Origin: Candidatus Eiseniibacteriota bacterium
GTDB taxonomy: Bacteria > Eisenbacteria > RBG-16-71-46
Direction of reading: 5' to 3'
NCBI GenBank assembly: GCA_963707915.1
Contig: OY970178.1
Coordinates: forward strand, 1,760,001 to 1,824,000
DNA length: 64,000 nucleotides
Part shown: piece after piece, positions 24,143 through 33,747 of the stretch
How the letters are laid out: every line of letters starts with the position of its first letter
Position numbering within the stretch: position 1 is the first letter of the stretch
Program-made: the position numbers and the translations under genes
Notes under the pieces: model-generated
The model's input: the letters and a program-made list of their open reading frames with translations, nothing else
Database searches by the model: none
Told to the model about the DNA's origin: nothing

Positions 24143-25921
24143 CTACGGACACCCGGCCGGTCTCGTGAAGTGCACCGTGATCACGTTCTGGGGGTTCACG
24201 GCCAGCCGGGTGGCGGGGTCGATGCCCTGCACGCAGCGCCCCCGACCCGGGATGGCCTCGCAGTCCACGCAATCGCAGATCTCGATGCTGACCCGGATGT
24301 CGCCCGAGGCGAAGGGGTTCCCAGCCTCTCCACCCGGCTTGAAGGTGACCTCGCGAGAAGCCACGCCGTATGCCCCGACCGGGTACGGATCGCTGCCCGG
24401 CACGAGGTAGGTCCACGAGGTGTCGCGGCCGGCCAGGTTCTTCCCGTAGAGCGTGATGGTGAAGCGCAGCGTCGTCTTCGACACCGGGCCGCCGGCCGTC
24501 GTGTTCGCCGCGTTGGGATCGCAGGGATCGGCGTCCATTCCCAGCAGACGGAAGGTCCAGGTGCAGCTGCCCGACGGATCCGGGAACTCCTGCCCCGCCA
24601 CGGGCACGAAGCTGGCGTTGCTCCGGACCAGCGCCGGCGCCTTGTCCACGTAGAAGGTGATGACCTTGCGCCGCGCGAGCCGTTCGGCTTCCGTGCCGCC
24701 GCCGGCGTCCACGAGGTCGGCGAGGGTGATGGCGTCCCTGATCCGGACGTCCAGGCCGCCGTCGGCGTCCTGCGCGCGCGCCAGGGCGTAGGCCTTCCCC
24801 GCCGCGTACATGCGCCAGTACCCCGCGAGACGCGGCGCACGGAACACCGACGTGGGCTCGAAGACCGGGTAGAGACCGGTCTGGGCCGGGATCATCTTGA
24901 GGCCACCGGGCGTGAGGCGCTCGGCGACGAGCGACCGGAAGCCGACGGGCGAGCCCATGAGGCCCAGCGTCTGGAGTGCGGCGTAGCGCTCCGGGTCCGC
25001 GGCGAAACCGGCCGGCAGCGCCGGGTCCGTGGGATCCACCCGGGGCACGTACTTCGAGTCCTTGTCATAGCCGCCGTTCACGAGCACGACCCACGAGTTC
25101 TGGTGGACCGTGTCCCCTTCCGAGCGGGCGAAGATGCGGTCGCCGTAGATCTCGTAGAACGTCCCGCGGCGGTCGTCTCCGCGAAGCGGCTGCCGCATCG
25201 AGGGCAGGTAGCGGAACGAGTCCGGTCCGAAGTACGCGCGCCCGTCCGGCGGCCAGGCCGTGGCGGTGGTGAAGCGCCCCCAGTCCTTCACGTCCACCGC
25301 GCGAGCCCGCTCGCCGTCGCTCGAGAGCGGCCACAGCCCGGGGATCGGGCCCGCCCACCAGGTGTCGGGGGCGAAGTTCGCGAGGCAGATCAGGGTTTTC
25401 GTGCCTCCGCCCGCCTGCTCCGGCACGGTCACGTGGATGAGGTTGAACCCGGGGACGAGCGTCTGGGTGTCCGGCGGGGCCGGGCGGTCACCTCCCGACT
25501 CCGCGAGCGTGGACACGTCCACGGCTCGAGTCGGGTCGAGATCGGCCTCGAAGGTCGAATCGGCGACCCCGTGCCGCGCACGGAGGGACCGCCACGACCA
25601 GTAGGCAAGGCTGAAGGCCGGCACCGTGTCCCGGGGAGCCACCCCCGGCACGAACTCCTGGGTCAGCCGGAAGACCCGGCGGGGATGGGCGACGGGACGG
25701 GAGTCACGGCCCAGAGTGACGATGGTGCCGACCGCCCGGGCATCGAGGACCCACTTGCGCCCCGACGAGTCGGTACACGAGACACCGGCACCGCCGGTCT
25801 CCGATGCAGGCGGCTGGCTGACGGCCCGGATGGCGGTGGGACGGAGGGGCTTGGTGCACCCCGCGCACCAGGCGGCGACCACGGTCAACAGAACGAGGGG
25901 GATCGTGGGACTCGTACGCAT
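24143..25921 (-). CDS. Hypothetical lipoprotein
   Basis: GGAGGT RBS, hydrophobic N-terminus ending in lipobox-like CAGC; 592-aa ORF with balanced composition; C-terminal CDCVDC cluster. Confidence 0.7.
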   Translation of the reverse strand: MRTSPTIPLVLLTVVAAWCAGCTKPLRPTAIRAVSQPPASETGGAGVSCTDSSGRKWVLDARAVGTIVTLGRDSRPVAHPRRVFRLTQEFVPGVAPRDTVPAFSLAYWSWRSLRARHGVADSTFEADLDPTRAVDVSTLAESGGDRPAPPDTQTLVPGFNLIHVTVPEQAGGGTKTLICLANFAPDTWWAGPIPGLWPLSSDGERARAVDVKDWGRFTTATAWPPDGRAYFGPDSFRYLPSMRQPLRGDDRRGTFYEIYGDRIFARSEGDTVHQNSWVVLVNGGYDKDSKYVPRVDPTDPALPAGFAADPERYAALQTLGLMGSPVGFRSLVAERLTPGGLKMIPAQTGLYPVFEPTSVFRAPRLAGYWRMYAAGKAYALARAQDADGGLDVRIRDAITLADLVDAGGGTEAERLARRKVITFYVDKAPALVRSNASFVPVAGQEFPDPSGSCTWTFRLLGMDADPCDPNAANTTAGGPVSKTTLRFTITLYGKNLAGRDTSWTYLVPGSDPYPVGAYGVASREVTFKPGGEAGNPFASGDIRVSIEICDCVDCEAIPGRGRCVQGIDPATRLAVNPQNVITVHFTRPAGCP

Positions 25922-26021
25922 GACCACCTCCAAGCCCCCGGTCGCTGCGTCATTGGTACGGCTCGACGCTAGCACTCGACATCCGGATGTCAATCGGGAA
26001 GTGGCCCGCGGAACGAGGTAT

Positions 26022-26222
26022 CTACCCCCCGCCGATCAGGTGGATGACCTCCACGACGTCGCCGTCGTGGAGCACGGTGGTGGGGACCTGCTCGCGCTTC
26101 ACCACCCGCTGGTTCACCAGGATGACCCGCAGCGGGAACGTGTAGGTCTTCTCCCGCAGCAGGGCCTCGACGGTGAGGCCCTCGCGGTGGGGATGCGGGT
26201 CGCCGTTGACGGTGAGCGCCAT
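26022..26222 (-). CDS. ThiS/MoaD-family sulfur carrier protein
   Basis: 66 aa, LTVNG...LHDGDVVEVIHLIGGG with C-terminal Gly-Gly. Confidence 0.88.
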   Translation of the reverse strand: MALTVNGDPHPHREGLTVEALLREKTYTFPLRVILVNQRVVKREQVPTTVLHDGDVVEVIHLIGGG

Positions 26223-26224
26223 CG

Positions 26225-28234
26225 TCACTCCGTGACGCCGTGCGCCTTCAGCAGCTCCACGACCCCTTCGACCCGGTCGATGCCGAGGGCGCGGACCTTG
26301 GCGAGCGTCGGGATCCCGTCGGGGGTCCAGCCGCGCCGCTTGTAGACCGCGTCGAGCAGCTTCTGGTAGCGGTCCTCGCGGTACGCGCGCAGCGCCGCGC
26401 GGCGCTGATCGAGCGAGAGCGGCGCGGGGTCCACGCCGGCCTCCTCCTTCAACTGCTTGTCGTAGCGCTCCTGGCGCGACTCGTACTCGGCGGCGGTGAC
26501 CGGGCCCTGCGCGCGATACGGGATCGCGTCGTGCGCGCGGCGGCCGAAGCCCATCTTGAGGTTGAAGATGCGCTGGAAGTTGTAGACCCGCTCGCTCTGC
26601 AGGATGAGGTCCTCGGGCCGGACCTCCTTGCCCGTCATCCCGGCCACGAACTCGCAGTAGCCCTGCACGTGGCGCGGCACCTTGGCCGGCGCGCCGGACT
26701 CGGCGTTGTCCTCGGGCTCGACGTCGTTCCACAGCAGCTTGCACAGCCCGTTCAGGCCGAACCACGTGCGCCACATCGGGAAGTAGTGCAGCGCCTCGGC
26801 CTTGTCCTCGAAGCTCGGGATCTGCTTGTTCACCATGTCCATGAAGATGAGCCAGGCCTCGTCGTGCTGCGGGCCCTTCAGCGCGATGCCGTAGCCGCCC
26901 TGCTGGGCGAGCGACTCCTTGCAGATGTAGCCGGAGTACTCGAGCCCCTTGGCCTCCATGCCGACGTCCTGCAGGAACGCGGGGTCGGCGCCGAAGCGCT
27001 CGGCGAAGATCCGCTTCATCCGCCGCACGCCCTGGCCGGCGAGCAGGCCGAAGCCCTCGCCTCGCGCCATCTGGTGCAGCACCTCGAGCGTGCCGTCGAT
27101 GCTGCCCGGCGAGAGGTCGAGGCCGCCGGTGTGCTCGCGCTGCAGCACGCCGGCCTCGAAGCACTCCATCACGAACGCCATCAGCGTGCCGAAGGAGATG
27201 GTGTCCAGCCCGTAGTGGTCGCAGTAGTAGTTGATCTCGATGATGGCCCAGGGCTCGAAGATGCCGAGGTTGCTGCCGGCGCACGAGACCGTCTCGTACT
27301 CGGGCCCGTCCACCAGCACGGACTTGCCCCGGTCCGGCCCGGTGCGCAGCACGTGACCGTCCACCGCCTTGGCGCAGGCCATGTCGCAGCCCAGGGCGCA
27401 GCCGTCGGCCACGCCCTGCGTGAACAGCGCCTTGAACTTGTCCGAGGCGATGCGCGGCGTGTCGACGTGCTTCCCGTAGCGGTAGTTGTGGACCGGCAGG
27501 AGGTCGTAGTCGTCCATGATCTCGGTCAGGTGCGCGGTGCCGATCTCGCGCATGTGGCACTGGTGCTTGTCCAGCACCAGCACCTCGCGGGTGAGCTCGG
27601 CGCCGGCGCGGCGGATGCGGTCGGCGTCCACCGGGTGGTTCGGGTCCTCGGTGAAGCGGATCGCCCCGGTCGGGCACACGCTGGCGCAGGCCATGCAGCC
27701 CACGCAGGCCGACGACGCCTCGCCGTAGGGCATCGCCACCCGGCGCGACTCGCCGCGCCCCTCGAAGGCCAGCACGTGGTGCCAGACGCCCTCGTCGCAG
27801 AGGCGCACGCACAGGCCGCACAGGATGCAGGCGTTCGGGCTCTCGTTGCGCTGCGGGTGCGCGAAGCGGGGCGCGGCGACGCCGGCCTCGCGCGCCATCT
27901 CCTGCACCACCTTCACCTGGGGCCAGCGCGCCAGCATCATCTCGAGCACCAGCCGGCGGGTGCGCAGGGCGCGCTCGCTGCGGGTGAAGACCTCGACCGG
28001 CTTCTGCAGCGGGTAGTTGCAGGCGGTGACGATGCGCTTGCGGCGCCCCTCGTCCACCTCGACGCTGCAGACGCGGCAGACCCCGTAGGCTTCGACCAGC
28101 GGGCTGTGGCACAGCGCCGGGATCTCCACGCCGGCCTGCTTCGCGGCCGCGAGGATGGTGGTGCCCGGCGCCACCTCGGTCTTCCTGCCGTCGATCGTGA
28201 CCTGGATCATGGCGGGGTTCCTTTCGCCGCTCAT
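26225..28234 (-). CDS. Fusion: HydA/NuoG-like N-terminal Fe-S module ([2Fe-2S] + 2x[4Fe-4S]) joined to aldehyde:ferredoxin oxidoreductase C-terminal domains
   Basis: IPALC..CRVC..TAC; CILCGLCVRLC; CVGCMACASVC; then AOR motifs LPVHN, GCALGCDMAC, GPEYET, CDHYGLDTIS, KGLE, GLCK, YKRRGW..DGIPT. Confidence 0.9.
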   Translation of the reverse strand: MSGERNPAMIQVTIDGRKTEVAPGTTILAAAKQAGVEIPALCHSPLVEAYGVCRVCSVEVDEGRRKRIVTACNYPLQKPVEVFTRSERALRTRRLVLEMMLARWPQVKVVQEMAREAGVAAPRFAHPQRNESPNACILCGLCVRLCDEGVWHHVLAFEGRGESRRVAMPYGEASSACVGCMACASVCPTGAIRFTEDPNHPVDADRIRRAGAELTREVLVLDKHQCHMREIGTAHLTEIMDDYDLLPVHNYRYGKHVDTPRIASDKFKALFTQGVADGCALGCDMACAKAVDGHVLRTGPDRGKSVLVDGPEYETVSCAGSNLGIFEPWAIIEINYYCDHYGLDTISFGTLMAFVMECFEAGVLQREHTGGLDLSPGSIDGTLEVLHQMARGEGFGLLAGQGVRRMKRIFAERFGADPAFLQDVGMEAKGLEYSGYICKESLAQQGGYGIALKGPQHDEAWLIFMDMVNKQIPSFEDKAEALHYFPMWRTWFGLNGLCKLLWNDVEPEDNAESGAPAKVPRHVQGYCEFVAGMTGKEVRPEDLILQSERVYNFQRIFNLKMGFGRRAHDAIPYRAQGPVTAAEYESRQERYDKQLKEEAGVDPAPLSLDQRRAALRAYREDRYQKLLDAVYKRRGWTPDGIPTLAKVRALGIDRVEGVVELLKAHGVTE

Positions 28235-30114
28235 CGGACCAGCACCGCGCCGTCCTTGCAGACGTCCATGCAGGTGCCGCACTGGATGCACTTGTCCTGC
28301 GCGATGGTGTGGAGCTCGCGGCGCACGCCGGTGATCGCGTCGGTCGGACAGACCTTCACGCACGCGGTGCAACCGGTGCAGTCCTCGGTGATGGTGTAGC
28401 GGATGAGCGCCTTGCAGACCCCCGCCGGGCAGCGCCGCTCGCGGATGTGGGCCTCGTACTCGGCGCGGAAGTAGCGCAGGGTCGAGAGCACCGGGTTCGC
28501 CGCGGTCTGCCCCAGGCCGCAGAGCGAGCCGTCGGCCAGCACCGCGCCGAGGTCCTCGAGCAGCGCCAGGTCCTGCTCGCGGCCCTCCCCCGCCGTGATG
28601 CGCGTGAGCACCCCGCGCAGGTTCACCAGGCCCTCGCGGCACGGCGTGCACTTGCCGCACGACTCGTCGCACAGGAAGTCCACGAAGTAGCGCGCCACGT
28701 CCACCATGCAGGTGCGGTCGTCCATCACGATCATGCCGCCCGAGCCCATCATCGAGCCGGCCTCGACCAGCGTGTCGAAGTCCACCGCCAGGTCGAGCTT
28801 CGACTCGGGCAGGCAGCCGCCCGAGGGACCGCCGGTCTGCACCGCCTTGAACGCCCGACCGTCCGGGATGCCGCCGCCGATGTCGAAGACGATCTCGCGC
28901 AGCGTGATGCCCATCGGCACCTCGACCAGCCCCGAGTTGCGGATGTTCCCGACCAGCGAGAACACCTTGGTGCCGCTGCTGCCGCCCCAGGGCGACTTCG
29001 AGACGTCGCCGGTGCCGATCGCGGCGAACCACTCCGGCCCGTTCAGGACGATCTGCGGGACGTTGGCCCAGGTCTCGACGTTGTTGAGCACCGTCGGCAG
29101 GTCGCGGAAGCCGTGCTCCACGGTGTGCACGTACTTCGCCCGCGGCTCGCCTGCGCGGCCCGCCATCGAGGCCATCAGCGCGGTGGACTCGCCGCAGACG
29201 AACGCGCCGGCGCCGCGGTGGACGGTGATGTCGAACGCCATCCCCGCGCCGAGCACGTCCGCGCCCAGCAGCCCCCAATCGCGCGCCTGCGCCAGCGCCC
29301 GGGTCAGGCGCTTCAGCGCCAGCGGGTACTCGTGGCGGATGTAGACGAAGCCCTCGACCGCGCCGATCGCCCGCGCCCCGATCAGCATGCCCTCGATCAC
29401 CGCGTGCGGGTCGGCCTCGACGATGCTGCGGTCCATGAAGGCGCCCGGGTCGCCCTCGTCCCCGTTGCAGACCACGAAGGGGCGCACGCCCTGCGCGCGC
29501 GCCGCGGCGAGGCAGCTCTGCCACTTCACGCCGGCCGGGAACCCGCCGCCGCCGCGCCCGCGCAGCCCCGAGCGGACCAGCCGCTGCACCAGCGCGTCGC
29601 CGTCGAGCCCTTCGCGCAGCACCTTCGCCAGCGCCTGGTAGGCGCCGGTGCGGATCGCGTCGGCGATGTCCTCGGGGTCGATCTTGCCGCGGTTGCGCAG
29701 CGCGATGCACTGCTGCTTGGCGAAGAACTCGATGTCCTTCTCGAGCGGGACCGGCTTGCCGCCGTCCGCCGCGTGGAAGAGGAAGGCCTCGAGCGGCTGC
29801 TGCTTCACGAAGTGCGACTCGATCAGCTCGGGCACGGCCTCGGGCTTGAGGCGCTCGTAGAACACGCCCTCGGGCTGGACCACGCAGATCGGCCCGTGGG
29901 CGCAGAAGCCGTTGCACCCGGTGGCCACCACCTGGATCTCGTCCTGCAGGCCGCGGCGCTCCAGCTCCCGGCGGAAGGCGTCGCGCAGCGGCAGCGACTT
30001 GGCCGAGACGCAGCCGGTGCCGGCGCAGACCATGAGCATGGACTTCCAGCCCGCGTGCCGGCGCTGCGCCTCGTGCGCCAGCGCGCCGAGGTTCTCGAGG
30101 GTCGCCCTAGGCAT
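28231..30114 (-). CDS. HydB/NuoF-like NADH/FMN-binding subunit with extra N- and C-terminal Fe-S domains
   Basis: CAGTGC..GCNGFC, GRGGGGFP, DEGDPGAFMDR, GAFVCGE, NNVET, GGPSGG, ESCGKCTPC..SLC, two C-terminal CxxCxxCxxxC motifs. Confidence 0.93.
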   Translation of the reverse strand: MPRATLENLGALAHEAQRRHAGWKSMLMVCAGTGCVSAKSLPLRDAFRRELERRGLQDEIQVVATGCNGFCAHGPICVVQPEGVFYERLKPEAVPELIESHFVKQQPLEAFLFHAADGGKPVPLEKDIEFFAKQQCIALRNRGKIDPEDIADAIRTGAYQALAKVLREGLDGDALVQRLVRSGLRGRGGGGFPAGVKWQSCLAAARAQGVRPFVVCNGDEGDPGAFMDRSIVEADPHAVIEGMLIGARAIGAVEGFVYIRHEYPLALKRLTRALAQARDWGLLGADVLGAGMAFDITVHRGAGAFVCGESTALMASMAGRAGEPRAKYVHTVEHGFRDLPTVLNNVETWANVPQIVLNGPEWFAAIGTGDVSKSPWGGSSGTKVFSLVGNIRNSGLVEVPMGITLREIVFDIGGGIPDGRAFKAVQTGGPSGGCLPESKLDLAVDFDTLVEAGSMMGSGGMIVMDDRTCMVDVARYFVDFLCDESCGKCTPCREGLVNLRGVLTRITAGEGREQDLALLEDLGAVLADGSLCGLGQTAANPVLSTLRYFRAEYEAHIRERRCPAGVCKALIRYTITEDCTGCTACVKVCPTDAITGVRRELHTIAQDKCIQCGTCMDVCKDGAVLVR

Positions 30115-30658
30115 CGGCGTCCTCCGCCGGGCCCTTCGCCCCCTGCGCGGCCACCGAGCCGGTGTTGCGGTGCCGGCGCATCAGCTTGCCGACCTTGGAG
30201 GAGTCCACCCCGCCGACCAGCTCGGCCCCGAAGGTCACCACCGGCGCCAGCCCGCAGCAGCCCAGGCAGCGCACGCCCTCGAGGCTGTACTTCTGGTCCG
30301 CGGTGGTCTCGCCCGGCTTCACCCCCAGCTCGCGGCCGAAGGCGTCGAGCACCCGCGCCGCGCCCTGCACGTGGCAGGCGGTGCCGGTGCAGACCTGGAT
30401 CGTGGTCTCGCCGCGCGGCACCAGCGAGAACGCCTTGAAGAACGTGGCGATGTGGTAGAGCCGCGCCAGGTCCGCCTGGGTGCGCTCGGCGATGCGCTCG
30501 AGCGCGGCCTTCGGCAGGTGGCGGTAGTGCTTCTGGACGTCCTGCAGCATCTCGACCGCGAACTCGGGGTCCGCGCCCCAGCGGTCCACGATCGAGTCCA
30601 CCGCGAGCACGTCCGGGACGAGCACGGACCGCCCGGCGCCGTTCCCTCCCGCGCTCAT
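30107..30658 (-). CDS. HydC/NuoE-like [2Fe-2S] subunit
   Basis: ATFF..FSL, VCTGTACHVQG, RCLGCCGLAPV. Confidence 0.92.
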   Translation of the reverse strand: MSAGGNGAGRSVLVPDVLAVDSIVDRWGADPEFAVEMLQDVQKHYRHLPKAALERIAERTQADLARLYHIATFFKAFSLVPRGETTIQVCTGTACHVQGAARVLDAFGRELGVKPGETTADQKYSLEGVRCLGCCGLAPVVTFGAELVGGVDSSKVGKLMRRHRNTGSVAAQGAKGPAEDADA

Positions 30659-31437
30659 GGCGCCTCCACCGACATCGCCCAGCGCGGGCGGTTCTTCGCG
30701 CTGCGCGCCACGATCGCCTTGAGGTTCTTGTTCATCATCACGCTGCCCAGCCCGCCGCGGCCGGCCTGCTTGAGGCGCGGTTCGTTGCGCTTCCAGTCGA
30801 AGAACGAGACGTTGATGCAGCCGATCAGCGTGTGGAGCGCGCCGCGGCCCGCCGAGACCACCGAGATGTCCTGCAGCTCGGCCGGCGTGCGCGCGTACAT
30901 GGCGTGCAACTGGCCGGCGACGTCGTAGGAGTCGAGCGCCTCGTGCGGGGCGGTCTCGAGCGTGACGCGGTGCGCGTCGCCGTCGATGACCAGCAGCACG
31001 AACTCCGCGGCCTTGCCGCGCACCTCGAGGGCGTCGAAGCCGGCGAACTTGAGCAGCGGTCCGAAGTGCCCGCCGACGTTGCAGTCCATCACCGAGCTGG
31101 TGAGCGGTGAGATGCCGGTGACCAGGCACTTGCCCGAGCCCGAGAAGTAGGGCGTGCCGGCCAGCGGGCCCGCCGAGAAGTACAGCCCGTTGCGCGGGTC
31201 GTCCCAGGCGATCGGGCCGGGGACCGACTTCCACATCAGGTAGAGGTCGAAGCCCTTGCCGCCCGTGAAGGTGTCCTTCATGTAGGGCGTCACCGGGCGG
31301 ACCTCGATGGTGTTGGCCCCGAGGTCCACGTGCAACGTGCGGTTCGCGTAGCCGCGCTCGACCTCGCCGGGCGGGTAGTCGAGCGCGGCCAGGACACGAT
31401 GGGCCGCCTTCATCTCGTTCAGCGCGATGGGATTCAT
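30655..31437 (-). CDS. Stand-alone aldehyde:ferredoxin oxidoreductase N-terminal domain
   Basis: GY..RTLHVDL, FTGGKG, GPLAG, SPLT, GGHFG..LKFAGFDA, AGRGGLGSVM..KNLKAI; stops shortly after. Confidence 0.9.
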   Translation of the reverse strand: MNPIALNEMKAAHRVLAALDYPPGEVERGYANRTLHVDLGANTIEVRPVTPYMKDTFTGGKGFDLYLMWKSVPGPIAWDDPRNGLYFSAGPLAGTPYFSGSGKCLVTGISPLTSSVMDCNVGGHFGPLLKFAGFDALEVRGKAAEFVLLVIDGDAHRVTLETAPHEALDSYDVAGQLHAMYARTPAELQDISVVSAGRGALHTLIGCINVSFFDWKRNEPRLKQAGRGGLGSVMMNKNLKAIVARSAKNRPRWAMSVEAP

Positions 31438-31676
31438 GAGGTCTCCGGGCCGTCCGGGGTGGGACCGGCGCAAGCGGCCCGAGTATGCCACAACGTCGAC
31501 GGAGCTTCACGGGGCGGGGCGGATCGGACCGGCGGCGCCGCCGAACGATATTCGGCGGTCCCTCCCCGCACGCGCCGGATCGGCCGAGCCCGCTCCCGGC
31601 GCGGCCCGGCCGCGGGATGCCCGGGTGCGGCCGGGTGCGATAAGATGCCGCGCAGCCAACCACGGGAGGGACCCGG

Positions 31677-33260
31677 ATGTTCTGCACGCGCTTCAAGAAC
31701 GAGCCCATCTGCGACTACTCCGTCGAGGCCAACGTCCGGGCGGCCGAGCGGGCCATCGCCGCGCTGGAGAAGTCGCTCGGCGGCTACCACCCCGCCGTCA
31801 TCGGCGGCCGCGAGGTCGAGACCGAGAAGAGCATCGTCTCGCTCTGCCCGGCGCAGCCCGACCGCGTGGTCGGCCGGGCGGCCAGCTGCACGCGCACCCA
31901 CGTGGACGAGGCCGTCGCCGGGGCGCGGAAGGCGTTCGCCTCCTGGGCGCGCACCGACCCCGAGACCCGCGCCGAGACGCTGATGAGGCTCGCGGCGCTC
32001 ATCCGCCGCGACCGGTTCGACTTCCTCGCGCTGCTCTCGTTCGAGATCGGCAAGGACTGGTACGAGGCCGACGCCGAGATCGCCGAGGCCATCGACTTCT
32101 GCGAGTACTACGCGCGGCTGGCGGTCCGGCACTTCCAGTACCAGCCGCTGACCCGCATCCCGACCGAGGACAACTGCTTCTTCTACATCCCGCTGGGCGT
32201 CGGCGTGGTCATCGCGCCGTGGAACTTCCCGCTCGCGATCCTCGCCGGCATGACCATGGCCGCCGTGGTGAGCGGCAACGCCGTGCTGGTGAAGCCCTCC
32301 TCCGACACGCCGGTGATCGCCGCGCGCCTCGTCGCCCTGGCGCGCGAGGCCGGCGTGCCCGACGGCGTCATCAACCTGCTGCCCGGCCCGGGCGGCGAGG
32401 TCGGCGACACCCTGGTCACGCACCCGCAGGTCCGCTTCGTGTCGTTCACCGGCTCGGCCGCCGTCGGCCTGCGCATCAACGAGATCGCCTCGAAGCCCGG
32501 CCCGGACCGCCGCTGGATGACCCGTTTCGTCCTCGAGATGGGTGGCAAGGACGCCATCGTCGTGGACGAGACCGCCGACCTCGACGCGGCGGCGAGCGCC
32601 GTGGTGCGCTCGGCCTTCGGTTTCCAGGGGCAGAAGTGCTCGGCCTGCTCGCGCCTGGTCGTGGTCTCGTCGGTCAGGGACCGCCTGCTCGACCTGATCC
32701 TCGAGAAGACCCGGCCGCTGCCCGCCGACCTGCCGTGGAACGGCCCCTGCGTCTTCACCGGCCCGGTGGCGAACGCGAAGGCGCGCGCCGGCATCCTCGA
32801 GGCGATCGAGCGCGGCAAGGCCGAGGCCCGGCTGGTGCACGGCGGGCACGCGCTCGACCGGCCCGGCTATTACCTCGCCCCGACCGTGTTCGACGGCGTG
32901 GCATCGCGCTCGTTCCTCGGCCAGGAGGAGGTCTTCGGCCCGGTGCTGGCCGTGATCGAGGCCGCCGACTTCGACCGCGCGCTCGACATCGCCAACGACA
33001 CGCGCTACGGCCTCACCGGCGCGGTGTTCTCCAGCCGCATCGAGCGGCTCGACCGCGCGAAGCACGAGTTCCATTGCGGCAACCTCTACCTGAACCGCGG
33101 CTGCACCGGCGCGCTGGTGGGCGTGCACCCCTTCGGCGGGTTCAACCTCTCCGGCACCGACTCGAAGGCTGGCGGCCCCGACTACCTGATGAACTTCACG
33201 CAGGGCAAGACCACCTCCGAGCGCATCACCGTGCCGCGCATGCCCGGGATCGGCGTATGA
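31677..33260 (+). CDS. pruA: 1-pyrroline-5-carboxylate (glutamate semialdehyde) dehydrogenase
   Basis: FKNEP, EAIDFCEYY, PWNFP, FTGS, EMGGKD, GQKCSACSR, EEVFGP, PFGGF.LSGTDSKAGGPDYL. Confidence 0.92.
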   Translation: MFCTRFKNEPICDYSVEANVRAAERAIAALEKSLGGYHPAVIGGREVETEKSIVSLCPAQPDRVVGRAASCTRTHVDEAVAGARKAFASWARTDPETRAETLMRLAALIRRDRFDFLALLSFEIGKDWYEADAEIAEAIDFCEYYARLAVRHFQYQPLTRIPTEDNCFFYIPLGVGVVIAPWNFPLAILAGMTMAAVVSGNAVLVKPSSDTPVIAARLVALAREAGVPDGVINLLPGPGGEVGDTLVTHPQVRFVSFTGSAAVGLRINEIASKPGPDRRWMTRFVLEMGGKDAIVVDETADLDAAASAVVRSAFGFQGQKCSACSRLVVVSSVRDRLLDLILEKTRPLPADLPWNGPCVFTGPVANAKARAGILEAIERGKAEARLVHGGHALDRPGYYLAPTVFDGVASRSFLGQEEVFGPVLAVIEAADFDRALDIANDTRYGLTGAVFSSRIERLDRAKHEFHCGNLYLNRGCTGALVGVHPFGGFNLSGTDSKAGGPDYLMNFTQGKTTSERITVPRMPGIGV

Positions 33261-33658
33261 CGCCGCCGGCGGGGAGCGGGCCGGTCGCGCGCCGTGTTCT
33301 GGACAGCCGGCGGGCGACGAGGATCGCCGCGCGCACCGTGCACATCGTGGCGATGGCGCTGGTGCTCGGCGGCGTGGCCTACGCCGCGCCCGCGCGGGCG
33401 CTGGCCGTGCCGCTCGCGCTCACCGTGGCGAGCGGGGTGCTGATGATCGGCATGGACCTGTGGAAGAGCGGCGCCTGGCTCTACCAGGGCAGCGGCGCGG
33501 CGGTCCTGCTCAAGCTCGCGCTGCTCGCGCTCGGGCAGATGCTTCCGGCCGCGCGCCTCGAGTGCTACCTCGCCGCCACCGCCGTCGCCTCGCTCGGCGC
33601 GCACATGCCGAAGGCCTGGCGGCACTGGTCCTTCCTCGATCGACGCGTGATCGACTAG
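33257..33658 (+). CDS. Small membrane protein
   Basis: ATGA overlap with pruA; 3-4 hydrophobic segments; HMP..WRHWS tail. Confidence 0.65.
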   Translation: MTPPAGSGPVARRVLDSRRATRIAARTVHIVAMALVLGGVAYAAPARALAVPLALTVASGVLMIGMDLWKSGAWLYQGSGAAVLLKLALLALGQMLPAARLECYLAATAVASLGAHMPKAWRHWSFLDRRVID

Positions 33659-33747
33659 GGCGTGCCGGTCCATGAACCGCCGACCGGGAACGGGTGAAGC
33701 CCATGGGCCTCGTGGAGTCGCCGCGTGAACGGGCCGGGCCGGTGGCG

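Noticed and set aside
26225..30658. Complex I nuoEFG, [FeFe]-hydrogenase or formate dehydrogenase
   Set aside because: No membrane nuo genes, no H-cluster motifs and no bis-MGD domain; the catalytic part is AOR-type
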